From Nemertoderma westbladi (Eukaryota; Animalia; Xenacoelomorpha), in NCBI GenBank assembly GCA_032718475.1, contig JAUCBJ010003836.1:1-45386 (forward strand): DNA of 45,386 nucleotides, written 5' to 3'. The position numbers and the translations under genes are program-made. Positions 1-11,242 of this stretch are shown here, one piece after another; positions within the stretch are counted from its first letter, which is position 1, and each line of letters begins with the position of its first letter. The notes under the pieces were generated by a model. The model did no database searches. It saw only the letters and a program-made list of their open reading frames with translations, and was not told the DNA's origin.

Positions 1-1
1 A

Positions 2-931
2 CCAGTTATAAATTTTGGATTTCCCAAATTTGTTTTGCCTTTAGTGGGTAATAATGTGAAACATGGGGAAGATGTCACTATAAGTTGTCCCCATACTGGA
101 GAACTGGCGTCAATTTCTTGGACATTTCAAGGCGATGGGGCAGGTCCTATTGAAATACCAAATGTTGGTAAATATTCATTGGTCACTAATAACATAATAA
201 TTAAATCAGTTACAGAAAATGATAGTGGAATATATACTTGTAGATTGAATAATAATTTTGGACATGATACAGGCTATGTAACACTTTACGTTACAAATGA
301 CATATTACCTACCATTTTGAATTCTGTAGCGCAAAAAAAATCTTCACCAACCACATTTACGTTGGCGTGGCAGCCAGCTACAGTACCCAATGGAGTGCCG
401 CCTGTGATCGGATATCGAGTTAAATGCGCCACTATCAGCATGAACTATTGGATTACTTGTGGAGAAACTGGGGATACCAAATTTACAGAACTGGAAGTAA
501 CCCAATACGGAGATAATCACTTCGAGGCCAGTACGACATACAAATTTGCGGTAGTAACTCTTAATGCCAAAGGCAGCAGTGAACTGAGTAATATCATTGA
601 AATAACAACCAACGATCAACTGGAAGTCGCAATTGAACGCCATAAGAAGGCATTCGATAATGTGCCAAACAGTGGAGCCGCATCAAACACAGACAATTCT
701 TGTCATAAAATTTTATCCATTTGTTCAACAATGTTCTATATAATAGTGACTCTGTGCTCGATCAGTCTCGTATTGCTAGGTCTCATTATTGGTCTAGTTG
801 CCTGGCAACTAGAGCGAAAGAGAAGTCGCGAGATAGAAAATAAGAACAGAGAGAGCCATTTCCATTCGGTATACAGCGTTCCAGAACCTCCACCAATTAA
901 ACATGATAATATATATGATTGGCAGGTATGA
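2..931 (+). CDS. Single-pass Ig-superfamily receptor (Ig + FN3 + TM + short Tyr/Pro-rich tail), 5'-partial
   Basis: Frame is open from the window edge (PVINFGFPKFVLPL...). Ig motifs ISC...ISW...DSGIYTC; FN3 motifs LAWQP, GYRV, YKFAVVTLNAKGSS; hydrophobic TM MFYIIVTLCSISLVLLGLIIGLVAW followed by basic ERKRSR; tail YSVPEPPP...NIYDWQV*. Confidence 0.85.
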   Translation, partial: PVINFGFPKFVLPLVGNNVKHGEDVTISCPHTGELASISWTFQGDGAGPIEIPNVGKYSLVTNNIIIKSVTENDSGIYTCRLNNNFGHDTGYVTLYVTNDILPTILNSVAQKKSSPTTFTLAWQPATVPNGVPPVIGYRVKCATISMNYWITCGETGDTKFTELEVTQYGDNHFEASTTYKFAVVTLNAKGSSELSNIIEITTNDQLEVAIERHKKAFDNVPNSGAASNTDNSCHKILSICSTMFYIIVTLCSISLVLLGLIIGLVAWQLERKRSREIENKNRESHFHSVYSVPEPPPIKHDNIYDWQV

Positions 932-1429
932 CTGTCTCTCAATCACTACACTCTAAAGTTTATACGGAAACCAAATATTGGAGACGGTAAAGTGTTTCAG
1001 GTCAGTGAAATGATTCGGTGATGCTATCTATATTCGCTACATTAGATATTAATAATGACTCAATTGTATCTAACCCATCGGCGTAAGTCACTTTATAAAC
1101 TGTAATAGTTGAATTGAATTTGAAATGAATATCACGTTTTTTATGAGTTCCATGCGTCCAAATGAACATGTCTTACTAAGTAGTCGGCGAAATTAAAGCA
1201 AAACATTTTACTTTAGTATTTTAGTATACTTACCGCACACATAACTATATTTTTTTACTTGGATTTCACGGCATTAAAGCTGATGCATTATTGGTGATGG
1301 TGTAATTACTATGGTCTACACTTCGACAATCCAGAAGAAAAAGTAGTCCTACAGTGTATGCCTACATCTCTGCGCCTACTCTGAAGGCATAGAGTGCTAC
1401 ATTGTATATCTGAAAACAGCGCAATGTCA

Positions 1430-1655
1430 TTCAAGTATGTATGTAGGCGATCTATTGTGTATGTTAAATATGCAATATGTATGTATATGTATGCCAACAT
1501 TATATATCTGTAACTTTCCAGGCATACCTTATAAATGTGAGCATACATTGTATGTATGTAGGCATAAAATGAATATGTGAGGCATACATTGTATAATAAG
1601 TAAGCATACAATGAATGTATTTAGGCATACATATACATATATACGTATATAATAC
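1430..1655. repeat. Low-complexity TATG/AGGCATA-rich repeat
   Basis: Recurring aggcata(c) and tatgta motifs; explains spurious ORF 1309..1611. Confidence 0.55.
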
Positions 1656-1932
1656 GATGAATATATTACGTGGGTGTAGCCTATTACTGCTGCTTTGTTA
1701 CTTGTTACATATTTTTCTATAATATTGCATTTTGTATAACAATTTATAATAAAATGTACAGCTAAAAAGTTATAAGTATAATCAATTTAGTATTCCTTAA
1801 TAAATGTTCAGATCAATAGTTTCTATACCTGATTTCAATTAATGATTTATTAGGACTCAAAAATTATTGAAATTTTAGGTAGAAAATGTAAAAATCTGTG
1901 TTATTTAATTTTGACAATATATAATAACTATT

Positions 1933-2069
1933 TACATACTTGTGTGTAAACTAGCACTTTACAGTGTGATGATCCGAGTGGCTTTGTTACACGAACGAAC
2001 GTTAGTGAGTGAGTGAAAATAAAGCCGCGAGGATCAGAACACTGTAAAGTACTTTGCAACAAGTATGTA
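1933..2069. repeat. Imperfect palindrome (MITE-like hairpin)
   Basis: tacatacttgt/acaagtatgta and agcactttacagtgt/acactgtaaagtact arms; a diverged partial relative lies at about 3405-3460. Confidence 0.6.
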
Positions 2070-2344
2070 TGTAGTTGTATTCCAAAATTTAAACATAACG
2101 AAATGATTGTATATATATTATAAGTGATAGAAACTGCACAAATTAAATTAGTTGCTGTATAAATAAATGTAAAAGTGACATAAATTATGTTATAAATGAG
2201 GTAGCTTATATTTATGGTGGCGTTTGGAGCCATGTTATAATAATATAGCTACAGTAGGCCCTATACTATAGTTATTAATAGCTATACCCTGCCTACCGGT
2301 AGGTATAGCAGTTGGTCTATCTGGCTGTCATCCAAATTTCCACC

Positions 2345-2435
2345 TATTGTTTACGTGGTATCCAATGACGGCGTTAAGTTATGTCCCCTTAGTGGGCATT
2401 ACTTAACGTCGTCATGCGTCGTCACGTAAACAATA
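2345..2435. repeat. 91-nt imperfect stem-loop
   Basis: tattgtttacgtg/cacgtaaacaata outer stem; atgacggcgttaagt/acttaacgtcgtcat inner stem. Confidence 0.7.
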
Positions 2436-3514
2436 ACACCAAATACAATACTAAATGTACAGGCCAATACAATGCTGTAATGTCCTCTAAAGTTGTAAAG
2501 TGCTAAATAACAACTCGCTGTTAATACTAACGGCGTTGAGTAATGTTACAATTTTGGAATAAAAATTACAATTTTCCAACCGTTAATGCATTTAAATTAT
2601 GTGAATCATCTTATTGGTTAATGGATACTTGTAAACAAATTTTACACCGAATATAAATAATTATTTATTTATAATATTTATTTATTTATAATATATATTT
2701 ATAGTTCCAATGAAATACACGCATTCATTTCATTAACTTAATTAAAGGCAATTGTCATAATTTTCGTATTCTAACCAAGAAGACTATCTTTCTCAGTGTT
2801 TTACTGTAAACTGTATTGTTTTATAATTTTTTGTGGGGGTGAGGTTGTGGTTGGAAGTCTGGCGATAATAATACAATTATGATATAGTGTATCATCGCAG
2901 TAAAGAGCGATAGCAGCCAGAGACAGCCGAATGACACACATATATAAAATTTGATGTTTGAAGAAAGTAAGAAAGTACATCACTAAATGAGTTAGAGATT
3001 AAGCAATAATTGATAGAAAAGACTCTCTGATAATAAGCTAACTAATAACTAACTATCTAATTATAGACGTATTGGAAGTAGAGTCAATAAATTACTTAAC
3101 AGAATTATTATTATACACCATGTCGTCCTTGAAGATAGTGTCGTAATTCAGTGACGCCCCCCCCCCCCCCCCTCCTCAAAAAAAAAAATTATACAAATCT
3201 CAATGAGATTCAATGATGCACGAAATTTGAAACGGAAAGAATTTCACCTAACCCCACCTTACTAGGTGAGCCAGAAATTTCATTTTTGCTGTTTTTTTCT
3301 TTTTTAGCTACAAGTGTTTGAAAAAATTATTTCCAGCTACTATTGCACCAGTCGTACTGCATTTATTATTCGATCGCATAGTTTACATAGTTCTGTGAAA
3401 GTACCGCTTTGCAGTGTGATGAGGAGGCCGCGTAAATTATCACACGAATGAAGGTAATGCATTATAATACTGCGAAATACGTCGCAACTTTCTATGTTGG
3501 TTTATTCTAAACTG

Positions 3515-3819
3515 ACAACAACTACAACTACAATCGGCCTGCTGCATTGAAACTGCACATTGAGATGCCATTGCCGGCTTATCAACAAAGTTGCACCGCC
3601 ACAACTCCCTATCACCCATGACTTTCGCGAGATATCCGCATCTTCAAGGCCAGTGTCCTTTAGGAGGCGTCTCACGAAAGTCATGGGCTGTCCACCATGC
3701 TTATTCACTCCATGAGGCTGCCAAAGCACAAGATTATGTACTGGCTGGTCCTCATGGCGAAAGCAATGTCCTGCAAAGCGGAGGCAATTTTGTTCTAGTG
3801 TCAAGCTTGGGGGAACCAA
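3515..3819 (-). mobile_element. RTE-clade LINE 3'-end fragment
   Basis: Translates LRFAGHCFRHEDQPVHNLVLWQPHG...RLLKDTGL, homologous to the RTE C-terminus at 44745-45014; (gtagtt)n tail. Confidence 0.8.
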
Positions 3820-4095
3820 TGAGACACCTCCAATGTTATATAGTGTCTGGTTGATGGTAATGGTTGAATTGGTCTATTGATGAGCCAAACTGCACATGCA
3901 GCTTTGGACACAATAGACCAAATCTCCAACCGCATCCCCGTTGCCGACTTCTCAAGTTCTGGTAGAAATCTCTGGATGGCACTTTCACAAGAATGCTGCG
4001 CCGGGTTCAAGTACAATGCACACATCTCCAACCAGACTCTAAGCAAACTTGGAGGCTGTTTCATTTGAAAGCAACCGCCTCCCCATTTGTATAAA

Positions 4096-4292
4096 ATTGC
4101 TTTCGCCGTGAGCACCAGCTAGTGCATAATCTTGTGCTTTTGGCAGCCTCATGGAGTGAATAAGCATGGTGGACAGCCCATGATATTCTTGAGACACATC
4201 GTAAAGGACACTGGCCTTGAAGATGCGGATGATCTATCAAATGTCATGGGTGATAGGGAGTTGTGGCGGCGCAACTTTGTCGACAAGCCGAC
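4096..4292 (+). mobile_element. RTE-clade LINE 3'-end fragment (inverted copy of 3574-3767)
   Basis: WQPHGVNKHGGQPMIFLRHIVKDTGLEDADDL..MGDRELWRR; clear reverse-complement match to the minus-strand copy. Confidence 0.8.
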
Positions 4293-5053
4293 ACAAGCAT
4301 TCTTAATATATATGTAATATATATATTGTAAGCTGCAATGCAGCATACCGATAGTAGTAGCATTATTATATAGGCATTGCGTTGTTGCCCAAGCTACTTA
4401 TGAAATAAACAACATGTTCCAGAATATGGTATTTATTAAATAGAATATTGGCCTGCAGCGGAAGCAAATACATGCAACATTCGAATACATATTTGGAATC
4501 TTTAGCACGGCCAGCTTTCCATTGCTGCCAACAAATCAATATAAGATTGAAGAATAACTGGTGTGTAACTGGTGCAATACCGTTGGAGACACTTTTTTCA
4601 AACACATGTAGCTAAAAAATGAAAGCAAAAATAAAAATTATGGCTCAACCGGTGAGGAGGAGGGGGGTGAAACTCTCTATGTTTCAAATTGCATGAAATT
4701 TCATTAAGATTTGTGTAGAAAAATTGGGGGGGGGGGGGGGGGGGGGGGGTGTGTTCATGTCACTGAATTACGACACTATATTACTATATTACAGGACTTA
4801 AACATGGTGTATTTGTGATTAATGACAACAGGTCTAGGGGCTTTGTTCTAAAACAAAAATGATTCAAAACTTAATGAGAATGCGCTTTGATTATTATTGT
4901 GACCGGTCGGTCTGCTGTTGTCGTAATGTTTGGCTCGATTTATATTAATCGATTTGAAACTTTTCTTGAAAAAAATGTCTTAGGTACGGGGTCACCAATT
5001 CAATAACAATTTAAGTAACATATTATTTTATTTATTTTATTATATTTTATAAT

Positions 5054-6309
5054 AACAAGAAAGGCATTTCCTAAAGGTAATGCAACCACGAAGCTAAGGA
5101 AAATTAAACACTCTTTGACTCATCAGTTCATTGATTTACCGAGTTAAAAGAACTCCCGGTATTGCCAAGGTAACTGGACTTTTCTAGAAATGCTGAGTTT
5201 TACATTAAGATCTAGTTTGTGGTTCCAGGTGACACATCGACTTCAAGGAAGCTTCATTGAGTAGTTTATGTGCAAAATTAATTATTAATTTGTTAAAAAG
5301 TCTGTTTGCAGTGGTTGTCAAGGTAACTGGCAAATAGAACAACGTAGATTGGATGCAGAATAAGTGATATTATGGTGGTAGGGGTTGGTCCCAAGTCATA
5401 ATGCCTTTAACTTGTGTTTCTAATTATAATTTTTTAAATTATAACATCTGTTTAGCCTGGTTACCAAGGTAACTGGATTTTCTAATTAACCACAATTGGC
5501 TCCTCTAAGGACCTTCCTGATAGTTGAGTTGGGAAACCCAATATTTATATCTAATACAGTTTTCCTACAAACAAGAGTTAAAAATATAGACTTGAATGAT
5601 ATAGACTTTAATAAACTCCAGTCACCATGGTAACGAGATATTTCTGGAATGTTTTGAGTTTTACTAAAAGTTCCAACTAGTGGACCAGATAACACATTCC
5701 CAGTTTCGTAAAATTTTTTTGCGAACTCTATGTCCAAATGAGTTATTTTTGTATAAAAACATATGTTTTAGGCAGTTGTCATGGTAACTACAAAATAGAA
5801 CAATCAAATTCGGACGCAGAATAAGTTATATAGTGGGGGTAGGGATTGGTCCCAAGTCATCACACCTTAACCTTAGGCTTCAATTTAACATTTTAAAAAT
5901 TTTAACATCTGTTTAGCCCGGTTGCCAAGGTAACTGGATTTTCTATTTAACCTCAATCGGCTCTGCTATGGACCTTATAGTTGTGTTGAGAAATCCCAAG
6001 TATATATCTATTATAGTTTTTCTACAAATAGAGTTATAAATATTGACTTGAAATACATAGACTTTTTTATAAGTCCGTTGCCATGGAAACCAGATTTTTC
6101 CTGGATATGAGATCCAGCCCAAAAGATGCGCCTCGACGTGTAGTACATACATGCAAAATTTCAGGGTTCTTTTAAAGGCTAGTTTTTTCCGGAATCAAAA
6201 AAAAACAAATCTGCTCCATACAAGTAAAATAGCCCACTATGAATACACCATCTCAGCTAAGGAAAATCTTTCTTAGCGAAAGTAGTTGATTTTCCTTAGC
6301 TTCGTGGAT
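5054..6309 (-). mobile_element. Helentron-associated non-autonomous element (HINE/DINE-1-like)
   Basis: 19-bp subterminal inverted repeats ccacgaagctaaggaaaat (5086-5104 / 6289-6307), a partial extra copy at 6255-6267, terminal stem-loop gcatttcctaaaggtaatgc, end CTTGTT, and an internal ~470-bp-period duplication with ccaaggtaactgg motifs. Confidence 0.65.
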
Positions 6310-6941
6310 TAATTTTATACCGAATTAAAAATAGGCATATTAAAAACTTCTACATCGTTTGACATATTAGGTGTAAGGGTATGTGATTTAATTTCGTATT
6401 TCCCACTGATTTTATTGAACATTTTTGGTAATAAATTACATAACTGTACACAGTGCAAATAATATGACAGATTATTTACAATTTATAGTTGCCATTGTGA
6501 TGGCACAGCAGACTATTTATTATTAAAAAGTACAACTACCGTCAGTATAAAATGGGTGGTCGGGAAGAGGTTGTATGGTTTATGAGAATGACAAATTAGA
6601 AATTTTATGAAGGAAAGTGGAAGTTCTAAAGATAAAAGTTTAGGAAAATAATTTCTAAAACTCTCCCAACTACATTCTAGACGAAGCTTTCTATATCAAC
6701 TAATATTAATTCACCATTATTAATAAAAACTCACCAAAAACCCTCGATATGAAATTAGAATCAGTTTAATAGAAAAAAAGTAATAATTTATAAAACGTCA
6801 TGAAACTAATAATATTATTTTTTATTAATATAATTAAATAAGGCCGAACTTATTAGACAGTTTATTGTTAATTTGTTTGATTAAGAAGTAAAATATTTAT
6901 AAATGATTAATCGTAACATTCTAGAACACTTAGACACTCAC

Positions 6942-7172
6942 CTCTCGAGGTAGTTGTGTAGGAACTGGTACCGCTAGTAACACTGCGACTGCTGGTTTCT
7001 GCAGCGGCACTGTGTTTGCGGATATCCTTGAGGGAAACCTCCTCTCTCCAGGACGTCGGCTCCTCCATGCGGATGTTTACCGGTAGACTGTGTAGCGACC
7101 CCCGGTCCAAGTCGGTATCCTTGGCAACGAACGACGACGGACAGCTGTGGAAACCACCCGCAACGTCACTCT
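6942..7172 (-). CDS. PIEZO: Piezo exon, Ser-rich intracellular linker (phase 1-1, 231 nt)
   Basis: tttgtag|AGAGT...TCGAGAG|gtgagt; open in frame (ESDVAGGFHSC...TTTSR) and GC-rich against AT flanks; no conserved motif. Confidence 0.75.
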
Positions 7173-8158
7173 CTACAAATACGCCAATGAAATAGTTTGA
7201 AATTTATATGTAGATTTACCTCTATTTCAAATTATCAGCAAATTAACCTTGACGATAAATATAGATAAATTTCTTTGAGCGTAACTCCAGTTATTAATCA
7301 TAGCGTCAAGATATAATACGGAATACCAGGGGTCACTGAACATTAGCAGCAGAAAAAATCGTCAAATTTCTTACAATTAAATAATACCTTTTTCGTTTCA
7401 GACAGCGGATATGATTAGTAAAGTACATAGACCAATATACTTAATGACTAACGCTATATGGCCTGGTATTCGTACCCCTAAGCTAATTATACTACATGGC
7501 TCGCCCCACACACTCTGACAAAGCATCTCATCTGACCACACCATTATAATGGATGGGCATAAAATTAATTATGTTTCTGACAAATGTAGCCAAAGACACC
7601 AGCCAAACAGTCTCGATGGGAAGCTAAGCGTGTACACATATTGATCAATACAACGGCAAGATTTACAGATTTACATTAATTTTGACTGAATGGAGAAAAC
7701 GAGAAATAATTTTGATCACGCGAAGTACCAAAATGGGGATCATTTGGGGTGGCAATCACACTCCCCCCCCCCCCCCCCCCATCCCCATCCCACCCTCACC
7801 CCATGGATATCGTCATGGATATAATAACTCATAACTTATCTACTAAATAAGTAAACCTAATAAAATAAGTTTGTTTCTATTTCTACATAGGGAAATGAAA
7901 TCATAGACAAAGAGAATCAGAAACAAGAATCTTTAGAATATTCTCGTGTAACATGATCCTTAACATAGATTTAACTCATTATAAGACTACTTATGCTTTA
8001 CAAGACTACTTATGCTTTATAAGACTATTTAAGTGCTACTGATTGAAATAAAGCTGGATCTATTAATATAAGAAATACTATTTAATATTAAAGAACGTCA
8101 AGTAAAAAACTTGGGGTCGGTACGCAAAGAGCGAACTATGTAAACAACTAAAATTCAC

Positions 8159-8233
8159 CGAGAACGCAATCAGTGATCAGCTGATGGCAACCAAGATTAT
8201 CGACAGATTTCGCCCCACAACTGCAGGCCTTCT
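8159..8233 (-). CDS. PIEZO: Candidate Piezo cassette exon (phase 1-1, 75 nt)
   Basis: ttaacag|AGAAGG...TTCTCG|gtgaat; open in frame (EKACSCGAKSVDNLGCHQLITDCVL); no homology support. Confidence 0.4.
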
Positions 8234-8730
8234 CTGTTAATAAACAGTTATTTACATAGTATAGCCGTGCATACCTACCGGTAAGTATTTACACTTGTGT
8301 CTGAATGAATATGAAATACAATTATTTTTCAACTATAAAGAACTAAGTAATTCCGAACCAGTACCGGTACCTGTTACCAATAATTCTTCTTTAATTTCCT
8401 TAATCATTGCACGGGATAACTGAATCTCTGAAGGTAGAAATGACGTAATATATTAAATTAATTGATCTCTACATAAATATTTAATGAATCCAGCGCTGCG
8501 CTTTAAATTAGAACATAAGAAATATTAACAATTACTAATTATTATATTATACGCCCAACATTATGCGTGTTTATCAAGGAGTGGAAACAGTTGGTAGATT
8601 ATGCCCATAACTTCCCGGGTATTTTTTAAATTATGTGGGAAAAAAGTATAATTTCATAAATAAACATTTGTGTGATAAACATCTCATCAGCAATAAATAA
8701 ACATCATAATAAAAAGTAATGTATTCTTAC

Positions 8731-8763
8731 CTTTATCGGATTCGTAAGCTGGAGGTTCATCAC
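8731..8763 (-). CDS. PIEZO: Piezo micro-exon (33 nt, phase 1-1)
   Basis: Strong sites ttgtattgcag| and AAAG|gtaaga; encodes GDEPPAYESDK in frame. Confidence 0.75.
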
Positions 8764-9086
8764 CTGCAATACAAATAGACAAATAGACGTTGTACTTTTG
8801 AGAAAATTAACTAAAATACTAACAAAAATAGTAAAAATATTTTAAATACAATGATGGTTAACCAAAACAATTACATCTTCACGCAACGACGTGCAGAATA
8901 TGTATGACCAAAATTAACATGAGTTGAACAAATCAAACTTCAACAAAATATAATAAAATTATAAAATAATAAAATTAAATATTCATATTTCAATACATTA
9001 AAATATATCTCTGTAGTTATAGTAGGCCTGCTATGCCTATAGTCTATACACTATGGGTATATAATTTGAGCTACAATACTATTTAC

Positions 9087-9200
9087 CTGGTACACTCCCC
9101 CCCTCGTCAGCATAAGCTACAACTGTATGGGCTTGAGGTCCACGCTGGTCAGCGCCATTCTCCGATTCGTCTTCCTCGTCGGTATCAAAATACAGAAAAT
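9087..9200 (-). CDS. PIEZO: Piezo exon, latch region
   Basis: ttttattttgtag|ATTTTC...CCAG|gtaaat; DFLYFDTDEEDES aligns with Piezo (G)DYFLFESDSEEE. Confidence 0.88.
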
Positions 9201-9657
9201 CTACAAAATAAAATAAACAAACGTCTCAAAATCTCCATATCTCAAAATTAATGAACATAATAGCAATAATTATCACATCTAACTCATAAAATCAAATTAA
9301 GACAATCCGATTGCTGATATATTTACTTAACCTACCATCCAGCTGGTGTGTTATAAAGTTACCAGGCAACTGTTAATATAAATAAATAACAGTGGTAAAT
9401 ATAAAAACAAATACGGCAGGTCTATTTTAGGGCCAACTTCTTACAACCTGCCATATTAATAATTAATTACAATTAATTAATTGCATATTAATGACGCAAC
9501 TAATATAAACTACATTATTTCACTACCTGATTAAATATATGGGCGCAGAAATGAAGTATGGTTAGTTTTTCACCTCTTCCCTCGAGACTGACAGGACGCA
9601 AATCGAATTAATATCTCTCCTCAATGTTCAATTATCAATTTATGGGGAAAAAAATAG

Positions 9658-9743
9658 GTTACAGTGCAGTGGCACGTTATTCTAATCAAAACAATAAACC
9701 GTTACAGTGCAGTGGCACGTTATTCTAATCAAAACAATAAACC
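9658..9743. repeat. Exact 43-bp tandem duplication
   Basis: gttacagtgcagtggcacgttattctaatcaaaacaataaacc x2. Confidence 0.9.
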
Positions 9744-9761
9744 AAAATGAATAGAACATGC

Positions 9762-10908
9762 TACAGTGGTTACGGCGCGTTTCGGGAACTGTCACGTTTA
9801 GGCAACTCAAATTCACGTTTCGGCAACTGAACAATTACGTTTCACCAACTGCTATAGTTGTGTTTCGGCAACTCGTAGTTGCATTTCGGCAACTCGTAGT
9901 TGCATTTCGCCGAACTGAAGTCGCGTTTCGGAAACCTAGGTCACAAACCCTCGTATGTAATGTAACTGTGACTACATTCATTATGTAAGTAAATGATAAA
10001 TGATGACAAGTTTAAAGTTAGTTATAGTTATTGACGGCAGAGTTGTTAATTGGTCATTTATATGTGTACATTGCCGGTTTGCACATATGGCAGTGATAAA
10101 ATATGATTTTGTGGTCTGATTTATAAATGTGGAATTTTTTTTCCACCCGTGACGTTCCGTCCGTGACGCTGGACAGCTGTTACTCAAACTAACTCTCTCC
10201 ATTTTGGGCTCAAACTGATCCTGAGATATGTCGGATTCTAAATAAAATAACTCCATCTACTTAGTCGAACGCGAGTTGAAAAACCAAAATGAAAAGGGGG
10301 ATAGATAAACAGTAATGTATGAATTAATATCAGATTGAATTATAATATCAGGTTGAATTAATAGATTTATAAAATATCGAATAATATGTAGACAATATAT
10401 GGAATTAATAACATCAGTTTCTATATAACTCGAAGTAGTGTTGGAGTAGGCGTGGGTAAAATAATGTAGAATGAAAATGAATAATGGGAAACGTAATGAG
10501 GCAAAGGTAATAAATAATACTGATTTGCTCTGCCCTATGTTGATACAATGCGATGGTGACGTTGAGATTCCACCTATCTCTATACTGTAGGCTCTATACA
10601 GTATCCAGTTGGCCTTTGTTTACGAGTTGCCGAAACGCATCTATCAGTTTGCCTAAGCGCATCCTGTTAACAGTTGCCGAAATGCAACTATGAGTTGCCG
10701 AAATGCAACTATGAGTTGCCGAAATGCAACTATGAGTTGCCGAAATGCATCACTCAGTTGCCGAAACGCAACCTTGTTACCATGTTGCCGAAACGCGACT
10801 ATGAGTTGCCGAAACGCGACTATGAGTTGCCGAAACGCGACTATGAGTTGCCGAAACGCGGCTCTAATGCTACTATCAGTTGCAGAAACGCGACAACACC
10901 GTTACAGT
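9762..10908. mobile_element. Oppositely oriented 21-bp tandem arrays (foldback/MITE-like)
   Basis: About 9775-9935 carries (gtagttgcatttcggcaactc)n; about 10622-10895 carries the reverse complement (gagttgccgaaatgcaactat)n. Confidence 0.6.
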
Positions 10909-11242
10909 TTTATTTTTGAGGGTAATCAGCTGTTATTTGCTTAGTTTTTCCCTAGAGAGGGATACATTTTTATAACGCCCAGAGCCAATCCGTATCCCCT
11001 CCCTCAGAAAAATTCTGCTGACATTTCTTAATCAGCAATTTGTTGTTTTAGATAACTAAACAACATTATCAAAAAATATAATTATCGACCACAATACTCA
11101 GAGACGCACTATAATTATTGGAGGAAATGAAAATAGTAGGCCTACTATAATAAATGTCTGCATTTAAATGCGCAGAAATTATGAGATTTAACAAACATTT
11201 TATAAACTATTATTGGTCTCGCTAAATCTCATACTCTTATAA

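Larger units (their letters stand above)
3114..4811. mobile_element. Long-TIR non-autonomous DNA element (Tc1/mariner-like termini) containing RTE fragments
   Basis: 3114-3352 is the diverged reverse complement of 4568-4811 (atagtgtcgtaattcagtgac, poly-C/G, tttagctaca.gtgtttgaaaaaa, tattgcaccagt). Ends are TA-CACCATGT...ACATGGTG-TA. Confidence 0.65.

Noticed and set aside
1309-1420. Possible further Piezo exon after ttttcag at ~1420
   Set aside because: All three frames hit stops before a convincing donor, and there is no Piezo-like motif.
9981-10256. YLESDISQ-containing ORF as the Piezo latch exon
   Set aside because: Exon 9087-9200 matches the latch better, and no convincing phase-1 donor follows the acceptor at 10237. 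It remains only a weak candidate.
10674-10944. ORFs (PKCNYEL)n and (SCRNATM)n
   Set aside because: Translations of a 21-bp tandem repeat.
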